NCBI GenBank assembly: GCA_963771075.1
Contig: CAVYSE010000011.1
Coordinates: forward strand, 141,508 to 205,507
Reading direction: 5' to 3'
Length of the DNA stretch: 64,000 nt
From: a candidate division FCPU426 bacterium
Lineage (GTDB): Bacteria > Oederibacteriota > Muellerivitia > Muellerivitales > Muellerivitaceae
Below are positions 36,394 through 47,325 of the stretch, piece after piece. Under the pieces are notes generated by a model. That model saw only the letters and a list, made by a program, of their open reading frames with translations. It made no database searches and was not told the DNA's origin. The translations under genes were made by a program, and so were the position numbers. The stretch's first letter is position 1. Every line of letters starts with the position of its first letter.

Positions 36394-37740
36394 ATGAATA
36401 ATGATTTTTCCGCCCAACGCTTACAGTGGTTCATTCATCTTCGATGGGCGGCGGTTTTCGGGGGAGGGCTGATCGTGGGAGTCGGGACTCGTGTGGGTCC
36501 CCTCCATTTTTCCCTTCTGACTCTGCTGGGCTCTCTCGCTTTTCTGGGTTTGTTGAACGCCGGATATCAATTTCTTTGGAGCCAATGGTGCAAAGATAAC
36601 GCCAACCCGGAAAATCTGGAAAACCGAATCCGCAAGTTATTTCACATTCAAATGGTATTGGATTTCGCCGTTTTGACCTTCATGCTGGCGGTCAGTGGTG
36701 GGATTCAAAATCCTTTTTTTTTATTTTACCTTTTCCATTTGGCCATCAGCACGATCCTTTTTACCGTTTGGGAAAGCTTGGGATACGCGGTCGTAGCGGC
36801 CTTACTGCCCTGGCTCATCTTTTTGATGCAATCTCAATTACCCCAAATGAATTTGGAAGGAAATTCGGGTTTCGGGCTTTCCAGCGGAGGGGAACTTTGG
36901 CCGGTTCTGACCGGGTATACGGTCACCGTCGCTGGCTTGTGGTTTTTCCTCACCCGGCTTGCTTCCGATCTTAGATCGAAGCAGAGATCTTTGGAAGAAA
37001 TGGGCCAAAAGCTGTCCACGGCCAATGAAAATCTCAAAGAAGTGGACGTTTACAAGAATCAATTCCTTCGGCAAGTGGTTTTTCAATTGAAAGGCCCGGC
37101 AATCGATATGGATTTTGATCTTTCCGCGATCGAGCAATCCATGCCGAAGGCGACCGAAAAAACTGAAACGGCGATTAAAACGGCAAAAAAAAGAGTTTGG
37201 TCTTTGCTGGAACTCATTGATGATTTGGTTTGGTTATCGAAAACAAACGTGGAAGAAATGCCGTTCAAGAAAGAAAAAGTGGATGTTTATGAAGTGCTTT
37301 TGAAAAGGGTGCAACATCATGAGGCGGAAGCCCGACAAAAGGGTTTGGAACTCCAACTACATGGAGACCCTCAAATTCACCTAGAAGCGGATCGGGAGGC
37401 TCTGGACCGTGTGGTAGAAAATCTTTTATCCAATTCTCTGAAATATAGCGAGGAAGGGAAAAGCCCTATTTTGGTTGAGTTCAAACGGAATGGAGAATGG
37501 ATGGTCCTGACCGTGGAGGATAAGGGGATCGGGATCCCGGCCAAACAGCAAAAACGCCTGTTCGAGCAATTTTTCCGGGCTACCAACGCTAAAAGCCGGG
37601 AAAAATTTGGCACTGGACTGGGATTGTCCATCGTTCGGGAAATCATTCAATGGCATGGCGGGAAGGTGTCGGTGGAAAGCGAACCCAAGAAGGGAACCCG
37701 CATTGAGACCTGGTGGCCCCTATTGCCGGATAAAAATTAA
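36394..37740 (+). CDS. Membrane sensor histidine kinase (polytopic N-terminus, HisKA, HATPase_c)
   Basis: About 6 TM helices. H-box region LSKTNVEEMP...; N/G boxes NLLSNSLKYS, GTGLGLSIVREI. Confidence 0.8.
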   Translation: MNNDFSAQRLQWFIHLRWAAVFGGGLIVGVGTRVGPLHFSLLTLLGSLAFLGLLNAGYQFLWSQWCKDNANPENLENRIRKLFHIQMVLDFAVLTFMLAVSGGIQNPFFLFYLFHLAISTILFTVWESLGYAVVAALLPWLIFLMQSQLPQMNLEGNSGFGLSSGGELWPVLTGYTVTVAGLWFFLTRLASDLRSKQRSLEEMGQKLSTANENLKEVDVYKNQFLRQVVFQLKGPAIDMDFDLSAIEQSMPKATEKTETAIKTAKKRVWSLLELIDDLVWLSKTNVEEMPFKKEKVDVYEVLLKRVQHHEAEARQKGLELQLHGDPQIHLEADREALDRVVENLLSNSLKYSEEGKSPILVEFKRNGEWMVLTVEDKGIGIPAKQQKRLFEQFFRATNAKSREKFGTGLGLSIVREIIQWHGGKVSVESEPKKGTRIETWWPLLPDKN

Positions 37741-37761
37741 TCCGATCAGGTCGACGGCCCG

Positions 37762-38244
37762 CTAATGTTCGATGGCCTTAACTTCGATAGGTTGGGAAAG
37801 ATGGGCGGTTAAATATCGGGTGGAAATCAAGCCCAATTTTGTCCCGTTCGCACCGAAGGCGAAAAGCTGGCAACGTCCCCCCTTCGCCGGGCTGAATTCC
37901 ACGGTGGCATTGGCCTTGGCAGTCGGAGTCTCACGGGTCGCGAACTGTCCCAACTTCATGTTTTCCAAAATCAACCGGAACCCTTGAAGGTCCTTGAGTG
38001 GATATATTTCCAGATCTTGTTGGGCAAGAAATTGCCGAGCTTCAAGGCAAAAGTTCCTCGAGAAGAGCCAAAGACTGTCCCATTCAGTGACTTTTCCTTC
38101 TTCTTCCAGGGATTGAGAAATGAAGATGTCTTCGATGTCTTCGTGCAAAAGACGCGAGGCCACCGAAAGGATTCCGGTCAATCGTTCCATTCCTTGAAAG
38201 TCTAAACCCATGAATTGCGCATACTCCATAAATGTTTCACGCAT
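37762..38244 (-). CDS. Hypothetical protein (160 aa)
   Basis: RBS GGAAGGAAAG lies upstream of ATG 38244. No confident family; there is a weak resemblance to V4R-type small-molecule binding domains in the C-terminus. Confidence 0.5.
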   Translation of the reverse strand: MRETFMEYAQFMGLDFQGMERLTGILSVASRLLHEDIEDIFISQSLEEEGKVTEWDSLWLFSRNFCLEARQFLAQQDLEIYPLKDLQGFRLILENMKLGQFATRETPTAKANATVEFSPAKGGRCQLFAFGANGTKLGLISTRYLTAHLSQPIEVKAIEH

Positions 38245-38305
38245 ATAACTTTCCTTCCGTGTAAGAACATGGTGAAATCATATAAATCGCCGGAGAAAGG
38301 GGAAG

Positions 38306-38323
38306 GTATGACCCTTGTCATAA
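38306..38323. promoter_or_regulatory. Palindromic motif site GTATGAC-cctt-GTCATAA
   Basis: Lies 62 nt upstream of the 37762-38244 gene and about 320 nt upstream of acs. The core TATGAC/GTCATA is perfect. Confidence 0.5.
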
Positions 38324-38645
38324 CCACTCAAGGGATCTTCTCCACCCCCGAGTGGAGGGTTTCCTGGTAATTTTTTATCTTGCTATTTAAAGGAGAAATA
38401 CCTTTTCCACTGGTTTTGTTGAAAAAGCGTTATTCGAAAATTTGAAGAGAATTGATCCGGAATAGAACCGTTGAACAATGAGGGGTTTAAAAGAGTCGAT
38501 AAGGTTGCAGGCCATTTGTCGTGGCAATCATTTTCCTTTGGCGCATCGTTTGTCGAAGAAAATTTGGATGACCAACGTCATAGACAAAGGATTGGGTAGG
38601 CGACAAACTACCACGAATTTATTTTTTTATTTCCAGGGAGGAAAT

Positions 38646-40628
38646 ATGGCACCCGAAAAGCAATCCATCACTTCTTTGCAGAAGGATTCCGCAGTGACAT
38701 TCCCGCCTCCGGCCTCGGTGGCCTCCAAGGCATTTATCGGATCCTTCCAAAAGTACCAGGAAATGTATGACCGCTCCGTGAAGGATTCCCACAAGTTTTG
38801 GCTTGAACAAGCCACGAATGAACTGGTTTGGTTCAAGAAACCCACGAAAACACTGGAGTGGACTTGGGACACCTCCAAAAGGAAAATTCAGCATTCCTGG
38901 TTTTCGGATGGCGAGTTGAATTTATCGGTGAACTGTTTGGACCGTCACCTAGCCAAGAACGGAAATAAGATCGCTATCCTTTGGCAGGGCGAAAAGGATG
39001 AGGAAGTCCGTAAAATCACCTATTCTCAATTGCATGAGATGGTTTGTCGGTTCGCCAACGTGCTGCTTGCTAAGGGGGTCAAGAAAGGGGATCGGATCTG
39101 TGTTTATATGCCGATGATCCCCGAGGCGGCGGTGGCCTTGCTCGCTTGCGCCCGAATCGGTGCCATCCACTCCTTCGTTTTCGGCGGTTTTAGCGCGGAG
39201 GCGTTGAAAACCCGCATTCAGGATTCCCAAAATGTGTTGGCCATCACCACGGACGTGAGCTACCGATCTGGAAAAGCAATCGGATTGAAGAATATTCTTG
39301 ATGAGGCCCTCAAGGAATGCCCTACCATCAAGAACGTCATTGTCTACAAGAGGGGTGACGGAAAGGTCAACATGCAGGCCGGCCGGGACAGCTGGTGGGA
39401 TGAGGAGACCCAAAAGGCCAGTCCCAAGCATGAGGCCCAGCCGATGAACGCGGAAGACCCGCTTTTTATCCTGTATACCTCTGGATCCACTGGAAAACCG
39501 AAAGGGGTCCTTCACACGACCGGCGGTTATATCTTACACGCCGCCCTGAGCCACCGCCTCATTTTCGACTGCCATCCCGAGGACACCTATTGGTGCACTG
39601 CCGACATCGGTTGGGTCACGGGCCACAGTTACATCGTCTATGGCCCCCTGGCCAACGGCGTCACATCGATCATGTTTGAGGGAGTACCCACCTACCCAGA
39701 TTCTGGTAGGTTCTGGCAAGTGATCGCCAAACATAAAGTCACCATCTTTTATACCGCGCCCACCGCGATCCGTTCCCTGATGCGAGAAGGGGAAGAATGG
39801 CCGAAAAAGCACGACTTGAGCTCCTTGCGCATCCTGGGCTCGGTCGGTGAACCAATCAATCCCGAGGCATGGTTGTGGTATCACAGGAACATTGGCCAAA
39901 GCCGCTGTCCTATCGTCGATACCTGGTGGCAGACGGAAACGGGTGGTATTTTGATCACCCCACTTCCGGGTGCCCATACTTTAAAACCTGGGAGCGCCTC
40001 TCTTCCCTTTTTCGGGGTGGAGCCCATCGTAGTGGATAATGACGGGAAAGAATGCGCCAGAAACGAAGGCGGAAAACTGTGCATTAAGAAGCCCTGGCCG
40101 GGCATGGCCCGCACCATGTGGGGGGATCACGAACGTTTCATCGACACCTATTTCACCGCTTTCCCCAACCTTTATTACACAGGGGACGGTTGCCGCGTCG
40201 ATCAGGACGGAGATTACTGGCTCATGGGCCGGGTGGATGATGTGGTGAACATCTCTGGACACCGTATCGGGACGGCGGAAGTGGAAAGCGCGCTTGTTTC
40301 CCATCCCAAGGTTTCGGAAGCGGCGGTGGTGGGCTATCCCCACGACATCAAAGGATCGGCCCTTTACGCTTACGTGACCGTGAAGGAGGGCGTGACGCCG
40401 TCAGATGAGCTGAAGAAAGAACTGGTTCAGCATGTGCGCAAGGAAATCGGTCCCATTGCCCAACCGGACAAGATCCAGTTCGCGGAGGCGATGCCCAAGA
40501 CCCGCAGCGGCAAAATCATGCGCCGGATCTTGAGGAAAATAGCAGAGAATGAAACGGGTAATCTGGGCGATATTTCCACCCTGGCCGACCCGTCCGTCGT
40601 GGAAAGGCTGATCCAAGGAAAGCAATAA
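38646..40628 (+). CDS. acs: Acetyl-CoA synthetase (AMP-forming)
   Basis: The N-terminus ...[16 protein letters not shown]..., AMP-binding motif [11 protein letters not shown] and C-terminal ...[17 protein letters not shown] (acetylatable Lys motif) are present. RBS GGGAGG precedes ATG 38646. Confidence 0.9.
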   Translation: MAPEKQSITSLQKDSAVTFPPPASVASKAFIGSFQKYQEMYDRSVKDSHKFWLEQATNELVWFKKPTKTLEWTWDTSKRKIQHSWFSDGELNLSVNCLDRHLAKNGNKIAILWQGEKDEEVRKITYSQLHEMVCRFANVLLAKGVKKGDRICVYMPMIPEAAVALLACARIGAIHSFVFGGFSAEALKTRIQDSQNVLAITTDVSYRSGKAIGLKNILDEALKECPTIKNVIVYKRGDGKVNMQAGRDSWWDEETQKASPKHEAQPMNAEDPLFILYTSGSTGKPKGVLHTTGGYILHAALSHRLIFDCHPEDTYWCTADIGWVTGHSYIVYGPLANGVTSIMFEGVPTYPDSGRFWQVIAKHKVTIFYTAPTAIRSLMREGEEWPKKHDLSSLRILGSVGEPINPEAWLWYHRNIGQSRCPIVDTWWQTETGGILITPLPGAHTLKPGSASLPFFGVEPIVVDNDGKECARNEGGKLCIKKPWPGMARTMWGDHERFIDTYFTAFPNLYYTGDGCRVDQDGDYWLMGRVDDVVNISGHRIGTAEVESALVSHPKVSEAAVVGYPHDIKGSALYAYVTVKEGVTPSDELKKELVQHVRKEIGPIAQPDKIQFAEAMPKTRSGKIMRRILRKIAENETGNLGDISTLADPSVVERLIQGKQ

Positions 40629-40654
40629 ACACTATTTAGGAAGTTGTCAGAAAA

Positions 40655-40697
40655 TAAAAAAAGCAGGCTGGTTTAAAAACCAGCCTGCTTTTTTTGA
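40655..40697. terminator. Bidirectional rho-independent terminator between acs and the convergent DRTGG gene
   Basis: Perfect 11-bp stem GCAGGCTGGTT-taaaa-AACCAGCCTGC, flanked by an A-run upstream and a T-run downstream. Confidence 0.85.
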
Positions 40698-40704
40698 CTA
40701 AACC

Positions 40705-41739
40705 CTACTTGAACTTGGCCATGTCCAGATGGGACTGCACAAACTGGGTGATCATCGCGACCTTGCCCGGGTCCTGGTGGGTCAAGAGGGGTTCCAAACC
40801 GTCCAGTTGCTTGGCGGTATGGAAAGTATCGGTGGAAACCAATAAAAGCGGTATATTGCGCTGGTTGGCCAAGGAAAGCACATCCGGCGAGGGAAGGATA
40901 TTGTTCGTTAGGATCACTCCGGAGGTGCCTCCCTCCAGGGCGGCCAGGATCATATCGCTCCGGTCCCCGCTGGTAACGACCAATTTTTTATCCTTATTGA
41001 AGAGGGTAAGCCTCCTGGCGCTGTCCACGGACATGGCTCCAATAATGATGTGGCCCACCTCATTGCCCAATCCTCCTTCTCCGGCGAGGGTTTTCGAGAA
41101 AAGCACCTCGGACAGGTAGGCCATAGTGAAATGGTTCAGTTCGGGTTTCAAAGGCAAGATCCCCAGGATGGGAATACCCAACTGGTTGATCTGGGGCAAA
41201 TAGGTCGTTTTGAAATCCTCCAGGTCGTGCACCTTGTTGAGGATGACGCCCTTAAAACGAACGTCCTGGATCGGCAGGCATTTTTTGATGCAGACCAGGT
41301 CGTCCGCGATGGAACCCTCCGAACCGCTCACCACGAGGATCAACTCCCCGCCGAGGGCTTTGGCGACGGAGACGGCGTCCAGGTGCACGGACATTCCGTA
41401 ATTCAAGTGCATGCCGCCTTCCACGAAAAGTAGTTCCTTCCCGGCCCCGGCGTGGGTGGCCACCTCGCGCAGTTTTTCAGTGGTGGTCGCCGCGTCGTAT
41501 TTGTATTTCAACTTGGCGTGCTCGAAGCCGATGGAGATGTCTTCCGGGTTTTCATGAAGGTTCCAGAGGTGGGTCAGCAGGGCGGAATCGTAGTCCCAAA
41601 GGCGTTTTTTGTGATAGATCAACCGGTCGCCGAAGGGTTTCATGTAACCGGACTGTTGTCCTAGCGCGGCGGCAAGGCCGATGATCACTCCCGTTTTGCC
41701 GGAACTTTTGCTGCTTGATCCAATGACGAGTGTTTTCAT
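40705..41739 (-). CDS. Standalone BioD-like (AAA_26) plus DRTGG domain protein, homologous to the N-terminal regulatory domain of long phosphotransacetylases
   Basis: N-terminal P-loop-like MKTLVIGSSSKSSGKTGVIIGLAAAL. C-terminal DRTGG-type segment VVTSGDRSDMILAALEGGTSGVILTN. No PTA catalytic domain. The stop overlaps the start of the downstream ACD gene. Confidence 0.75.
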   Translation of the reverse strand: MKTLVIGSSSKSSGKTGVIIGLAAALGQQSGYMKPFGDRLIYHKKRLWDYDSALLTHLWNLHENPEDISIGFEHAKLKYKYDAATTTEKLREVATHAGAGKELLFVEGGMHLNYGMSVHLDAVSVAKALGGELILVVSGSEGSIADDLVCIKKCLPIQDVRFKGVILNKVHDLEDFKTTYLPQINQLGIPILGILPLKPELNHFTMAYLSEVLFSKTLAGEGGLGNEVGHIIIGAMSVDSARRLTLFNKDKKLVVTSGDRSDMILAALEGGTSGVILTNNILPSPDVLSLANQRNIPLLLVSTDTFHTAKQLDGLEPLLTHQDPGKVAMITQFVQSHLDMAKFK

Positions 41740-44340
41740 TTCTTTTGGGCCCTTTCCGAGAGCAAAACTCTCACATCCAAAGCTTTAACACCTTTTCCCT
41801 GTTCGTAAACAACCAGGGGATTGATCTCAATGTCGGAAATTTTCTCGCATTTCCGAACCAACGAACCGAGTTTGATGATGGCGTCCACGACGCCATCCAT
41901 GTCTTTTTTGTCCTCTCCCCGAACCCCAAGGAGCAGGGGATAGATCTTGGTTTCTTTGATCATGGCCAGGACATCCGATTTGGAGAAGGGAACGGACCGG
42001 AAGGAAACGTCTTTCATTACCTCGACGTAAACCCCGCCCATGCCGCACATCACGATGGGGCCGAAAGAACGGTCCCGCCGGGCACCCACGATGGTTTCCG
42101 TACCTTTTTTCACCATCTCGTTGACTTCAACGCCTTCGATCACCGCGTTGGGATTGTGTTTTCGGCAGTTAAAGAGGATGGCTTCGTAGGCATCCATCAC
42201 CTCTTGCTGGTTTTCCAGGTCCAAGGCGACGCCGCCGACGTCGCTTTTATGAAGGATATCCCGGGAAACCACCTTCATGACCACCGGGTATCCGATTTTT
42301 TCAGCCGATTTAACCGCTTCTTCCAGGGTGCGGGCAATCGAGTTTTTGGGCATGGGAACCCCGCAAAGTTCCATGATCTTCTGTCCCTCGTGGGCCAATA
42401 AAAAAGACCGGCCGTCCGCGGCCGCCTTGTCCAATACGGCATTGACCGCGTCCACCGGGATGTCGTGCTCCACGGGAAAGCCAGGGGGAGACAGGTTATG
42501 CCGGTACTGGGTCATTAAGGCCCCCAAGCAGGAAACGGCCGAATAGGTATCCTCAAAAACGGGCGCATTATCCTGCCGCAGTGAGAGAATGGCCCGCTCG
42601 GTGGGTTCGCCCCCGAAAAGAGAGAACACGATCGGCTTCCCGCCATCGCGGTAACGGACCGTATTCTCGCGGATCATGGTGGCCAGGTTGTCCACGTCAA
42701 AAACCGCCGTCTCACAATAGAGGGCAATGACAGCGTGGATGTTTTCCAGCCTCAAGGCCGCGGCCAAGGCGCCGTCGTAGTCGGAGGACCGGGCCTGACC
42801 CGTCAGGTCGATGGGATTCTTGATGGACCCAAATTCCGGAACTTCCTTGGCGAAGGCTTTTTTCATCAGTTCCACGTCGTCGTAAAGCGGGACCTGGTAT
42901 TTTTCGCAGGCGTCGGTGGCCATGACCCCGATACCGCCTCCGTTTGTGATGATGACCGTATTCTCGCCCCGGGGCGCGGAACTGGACGTGAAACTTTTGC
43001 ACCAGTTAAAGGCATCCTGGAAATTCTCAGCCCTCAAGACCCCGCATTGCTTGACAATGTTATCGAGGATCTCGTCCGAACCGGCCAGGGCGCCGGTGTG
43101 CGAGGCGGCCGCCATGGCGCCCCTTTTGGAACGTCCGGATTTGATCATGATGACGGGCTTCTTCCGGGTCACCCGGTTAATGGTGGAGATCATCCGCTCC
43201 CCGTCCTTGATGCCCTCGGTATAAAGCATGATGACCTTGGTCTGGGGATCGTCCACCAAATATTCCAAAAGATCGGCCTCGGTGATATCCGCCTTGTTGC
43301 CCACGGAAGACATGGTAGAAAGCCCGATGTGGGCCACCGCCGTCTTGCCGATCATGCCGATACCCAGCGCGCCGCTCTGGGTGATGATGGCCACGTGGCC
43401 TTTCTGGATCTGGGGTCCAAAGGTGGCGTTCAGGTCGGCGTTGGCCGAGTAGATACCGAAGATGTTGGGCCCCATGACCCGCATGCCATGATCCAGGGCG
43501 AAGGACACCAGGGCTTTTTCTTCGGCCACGTTGCCCGTCTCGGAAAAACCGGAGGTGATGACGGGCAGGAACTTGACGCCGTTGGCCGCGCATTCCTTGA
43601 CCGAATCCATGACGAACTTGGCCGGGACCGAGATGCAGGCCAGTCGATGGGCTCCTCTATCTCCGCGAAGGCTTTTCGCCATGGTCAGTCCCAAGCACCT
43701 CCCCGCCCTTGGGGTTGATGGGATACACCTTGCCCTTGATAGCCGCCGGAAAAATATTCTCCACGATCTTGTAACCCACCTTGTCGGGGCTGGCGGAAGC
43801 GCCCACCACGGCCACCGAGCGGGGCTCGAATAGGTATTTGATGTCAGGTCGATTAGGTTGTTCAACGGTTCCTCCGCGGAAGGTCATTTTCAGCTCAACC
43901 ACATTCGTGTTCGTGCGCTTCTGCAAGTCAAATCCTTGATTCTCGAAAAGATGCAGCATGGCGGTGTTTTCCTGAAGGACCTCGGCGGTGAACCCGAAGA
44001 GCCCCTGCTTCTTCGCCAACATGGTCAGGTAGGAAAGAAGCTCCGTTCCGACCCCCTTGTTATGATAATCGTCCTTCACGACGAAGGCGACTTCGGCGGA
44101 ATGCTGGTTTTCCTGGATGCCGTATTGCCCCACCCCGATGATCTCCTCCCGCCCCTGGTCCTCCGCGAAAGCCAGGATGACCATTTCCTTGCTATAGTCG
44201 ATCACGACGAATTCCTGAAGCCTTTCGTGGGGCATGTCCTTACGCACCGACATGAATCGTCGGGACATGCTCTGGTCGGACAGGGAATAGAAAAAATCCT
44301 TAAGGCCGGGTTCGTCATTGATCTTGACGGGGCGCATCAA
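41736..44340 (-). pseudogene. Pat-like protein lysine acetyltransferase (N-terminal GNAT fused to an NDP/ADP-forming acyl-CoA synthetase), reading frame broken near 43690
   Basis: ORF 43657-44340 encodes a GNAT domain (...AEVAFVVKDDYHNKGVGTELL...) followed by the start of the CoA-binding domain (RSVAVVGASASPDKVGYKIVENI...KVYPINPKGGEVLG). ORF 41736-43865 carries the remaining CoA-binding, CoA-ligase and ATP-grasp domains; its first ~55 codons are off-frame. The junction lies in a CCCCAAGGGCGGGGAGG tract. Confidence 0.65.
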
Positions 44341-45739
44341 AAGCCGCAGGCCGGATTCGGTCGTCCGGCGGGTCTCCAGGGACTCCGGGTACTCTCCGCG
44401 TTTTCCAGGGAATAAAGGCCTGGTCCTTGTAAATCAAATGGTTCTTCTTCGCTTCCTCCAGCAACCAGGGCCGGAACTTTGGGTGGGCGATAGAAATGAT
44501 GTCCATTGCCCTTTCTCGCAGGTTCTTTCCGTGAAGATAGGCGATCCCATATTCGGTCACCAGGTAATGAATGTCGCCTCGGGTAAGGGAAATACCGGCC
44601 CCTTCATGGAGGAAAGGCACAATCCTGGAAACCTGTTCGTTATCCGCAGTGGATTGCAGGGTCAGGATGGTTTTCCCTCCTGGCGCGAGCACGGCGCCCC
44701 GCATGAAATCCGCCTGGCCCCCGATTCCACTGAAAAACAAGTGGTCCAGGGATTCGGCGGTAGATTGGCCGGTCAAATCGACCGACAGGGCGCTGTTAAT
44801 GGCGGTCATATTGTGATTGCTCGCGATGATCAGTGGATTGTTGGTGTAATCAATGGGCCGGAATTCGACGGAAGGATTGTCATGGATGAATTCGTAGGTT
44901 TCCTGGGTTCCCATGCAAAAGCTGGCGATGGTCTTGCCGGGGTTAAGGTTTTTCCTGGAGTTGTCGATCACGCCTTCCTTCATCAGTGCCACGATTCCGT
45001 CCGAGAGCAGCTCGGTATGCACTCCCAAGTGCTTTTTATGCCTTAAATTAGCCAAGATGGCGTTGGGGATACTGCCGTAACCCACCTGCAGGGTATCTCC
45101 GTCCTGAACGAAACGGGCGATATATTTCCCGATACGGTTGGCGATCTCGTCGGAAACTTTCGGTTCGTACTCCAGCAGCGGCTCGTCGTGGTGGACAATG
45201 AAATCCACGTCATCGGCGTGAAGGAAGGTGTCGCCATGCACACGAGGCATATGGCTGTTCGCCTGGGCGATCACGATACGGGCGTTGGCTACCGCCGCCT
45301 TAGTGATATCGACGCTGACCCCCAGGCTCATGTAGCCATGCTGGTCCGGCATGCTGGTTTGGATCAGAGCCACATCCACTGGTACCAACTTCCGGTTGAA
45401 TAGATCGGGCACTTGGGAAAGAAACAGGGGCGAATAGTCGGCCAGACCCTGGTTGACCGCCTCCCGGGTGTTATCGCCTATGAAAAAAGAATTGTGGCGG
45501 AAGTTTTGCTTGAATTTCTTGTCGGTGTAGGGTGCGAGGCCTAAGGTCCAGACGTGGATGACTTCGGTGTCAAAAAAGGCCTTGGGATGGTCTTCGATAT
45601 ATTTGATCAGGGCCCCGACCAGGTACTGGGGTTCGCCACAGCCGGTGCCGATATAGATCCGGTCGCCGGGATGGATATGACTGAAAACCTCGTATTCAGT
45701 GGCAAATTTGGAAGGATAATTTTTTCTTAACGATTCCAT
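44315..45739 (-). CDS. Acetyl-CoA hydrolase/transferase family protein (Ach1/ScpC/Cat1-like CoA-transferase)
   Basis: N- and C-terminal AcetylCoA_hydro domains are present (GDRIYIGTGCGEP..., ...VTEYGIAYLHGKNLRERA). ATG 45739 is the probable start. The track ORF extends to 45811. Confidence 0.8.
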   Translation of the reverse strand: MESLRKNYPSKFATEYEVFSHIHPGDRIYIGTGCGEPQYLVGALIKYIEDHPKAFFDTEVIHVWTLGLAPYTDKKFKQNFRHNSFFIGDNTREAVNQGLADYSPLFLSQVPDLFNRKLVPVDVALIQTSMPDQHGYMSLGVSVDITKAAVANARIVIAQANSHMPRVHGDTFLHADDVDFIVHHDEPLLEYEPKVSDEIANRIGKYIARFVQDGDTLQVGYGSIPNAILANLRHKKHLGVHTELLSDGIVALMKEGVIDNSRKNLNPGKTIASFCMGTQETYEFIHDNPSVEFRPIDYTNNPLIIASNHNMTAINSALSVDLTGQSTAESLDHLFFSGIGGQADFMRGAVLAPGGKTILTLQSTADNEQVSRIVPFLHEGAGISLTRGDIHYLVTEYGIAYLHGKNLRERAMDIISIAHPKFRPWLLEEAKKNHLIYKDQAFIPWKTRRVPGVPGDPPDDRIRPAAFDAPRQDQ

Positions 45740-45886
45740 TTGGTTTTCATTCCATTCGCAAAACCGGGCGCTTACCGGGCTTTGGAGAACCATCCGCCGG
45801 CCAAGAATCACCGAAGAGAAAGTAGGGCCGGAGACCGCTTAACCCTTTCAAGGACGCGTTGATTATAAGTTAATGACCCTTTCATG

Positions 45887-45904
45887 CTATGACTCAAGTC
45901 ATAT
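45887..45904. promoter_or_regulatory. Palindromic motif site CTATGAC-tcaa-GTCATAT, with an overlapping degenerate copy at 45871-45888
   Basis: Lies in the divergent region between the CoA-transferase/pat operon (minus) and the deacetylase gene (plus). Confidence 0.5.
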
Positions 45905-46090
45905 CATGAAGGGGCGGGGTTAATTTTTTCCCAAAGGACGAAATTATTAACAACACTCATTTCATTATTGGATAATTGTCCGGACAAAAACAATTGAACT
46001 TGGTGAAATTACCTTAACTTGACTTAGCCAAAGGACAAAATTAACATGCATTATTATTTTCATTTTTTTTAGTTTTTTAAAAGGCCAAGA

Positions 46091-47044
46091 GTGAACGGAT
46101 CCAAGCCTTCCCTCGGAATTGTGTATGACGAGCTTTGCCTGAAGCATCTGCAGGATGCTGACCATCCCGAATCCCCTCGCCGGCTTCTCGCTATTCAAAA
46201 CGCTTTGGATCAAGCGGGACTTTTGAAACGAGCCCTGGCGATTCCATGCCGTAGAGCGACCGATGAAGAATTGAACTTGGTCCACCGGGCTGAATACATT
46301 GAAAAAGTCAAATCGATTTGCAGGAACGCCCCGGCCCAATTGGGTCCGGATGTTTTTATTTCCACCCCCGAAAGCCTGGATGCGGCGCTTCTCTCGGCGG
46401 GCGGCGGGTTTGAGGCGGTCGACGCGATCATGAACCAAAAGGTGACCCGGGTGTTCTGCAATACCCGTCCTCCAGGCCACCATGCCTTGCCCAACCAGGC
46501 CATGGGATTTTGTGTTTTCAATAATATCGCGCTCTGCGCCCGGTATGCCCAAACAAGGCATAAACTCAATAAAATCCTCATTGTCGATTGGGATGTGCAT
46601 CACGGGAACGGAACGCAGGATATTTTTTACGAGGATCCGGACGTATTTTATTTCAGCAGCCACCGGTTCCCCTTTTATCCCGGGACAGGGGCCCGTATCG
46701 AGACGGGAGAGTGGCCAGGGAAGGGCTCGACCCTGAATGTTCCATTTCCGCCGGAGTCGGGGGACGAGGAATATCTGGGGAGTTATAAAAGACTGCTATT
46801 GCCTGCGGCCCTTGAATTTAAACCGGACCTGATCCTGATCAGCTGCGGTTTTGACGCCCATGGCCGTGATCCTTTGGGGGGGATGAACCTCACCGAAAAA
46901 GCATACGCCCACTTGACCGATCTGGTGGTTGGAATCGCTAACCAAACTTGCGGAGGAAAGATCGTTTCCTTCCTCGAGGGCGGTTACGATCTGGAAGCCC
47001 TTGGGTTGTGCGCGGTGGAGCATGTTCGCCAGTTGATGGCGTGA
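46091..47044 (+). CDS. Histone deacetylase-family (class II HDAC / AcuC-like) protein deacetylase
   Basis: Motifs RPPGHHA, DWDVHHGNGTQ and the EGGY loop are present. GTG start at 46091. The overlapping minus ORF 45965-46663 is judged spurious. Confidence 0.8.
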   Translation: MNGSKPSLGIVYDELCLKHLQDADHPESPRRLLAIQNALDQAGLLKRALAIPCRRATDEELNLVHRAEYIEKVKSICRNAPAQLGPDVFISTPESLDAALLSAGGGFEAVDAIMNQKVTRVFCNTRPPGHHALPNQAMGFCVFNNIALCARYAQTRHKLNKILIVDWDVHHGNGTQDIFYEDPDVFYFSSHRFPFYPGTGARIETGEWPGKGSTLNVPFPPESGDEEYLGSYKRLLLPAALEFKPDLILISCGFDAHGRDPLGGMNLTEKAYAHLTDLVVGIANQTCGGKIVSFLEGGYDLEALGLCAVEHVRQLMA

Positions 47045-47186
47045 TTCAATTTTTGGTTTTCACTTTGCAGAAATAGAAGCGCCTTTCTCTTTTCCATGAC
47101 TGTCTCCTAAATTTCCATTTTAAATGTTTTTGTCCTCCTGTTTATTTACGCTGTGACTTTGAATGATTTATTGTCACAAATGTTTA

Positions 47187-47204
47187 ACATGACAACTGTC
47201 ATAA
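47187..47204. promoter_or_regulatory. Palindromic motif site ACATGAC-aact-GTCATAA (~120 nt upstream of the beta-barrel gene)
   Basis: Matches the 7-4-7 consensus with one flank mismatch. Confidence 0.5.
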
Positions 47205-47325
47205 TAACTTCACCCCGCTGGTCCTAAAATCGCTTCTCGTTGATTCTTTTCCCACGACAATCAATTGACCTCCCGGATTTTGTCGGTTCGCGAGAGCGAA
47301 AAAAACTTTCAAGGAGAAAGAAAAT

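Noticed and set aside
38478-38645. N-terminal extension of the acs ORF in the six-frame track ([16 protein letters not shown]...)
   Set aside because: Acs homology begins at MAPEKQS (ATG 38646), which has a GGGAGG RBS. The upstream 56 codons are probably 5' UTR that carries the palindromic operator.
45965-46663. 232-aa minus-strand ORF in the deacetylase region
   Set aside because: It overlaps the HDAC-family gene, which carries all catalytic motifs on the plus strand.
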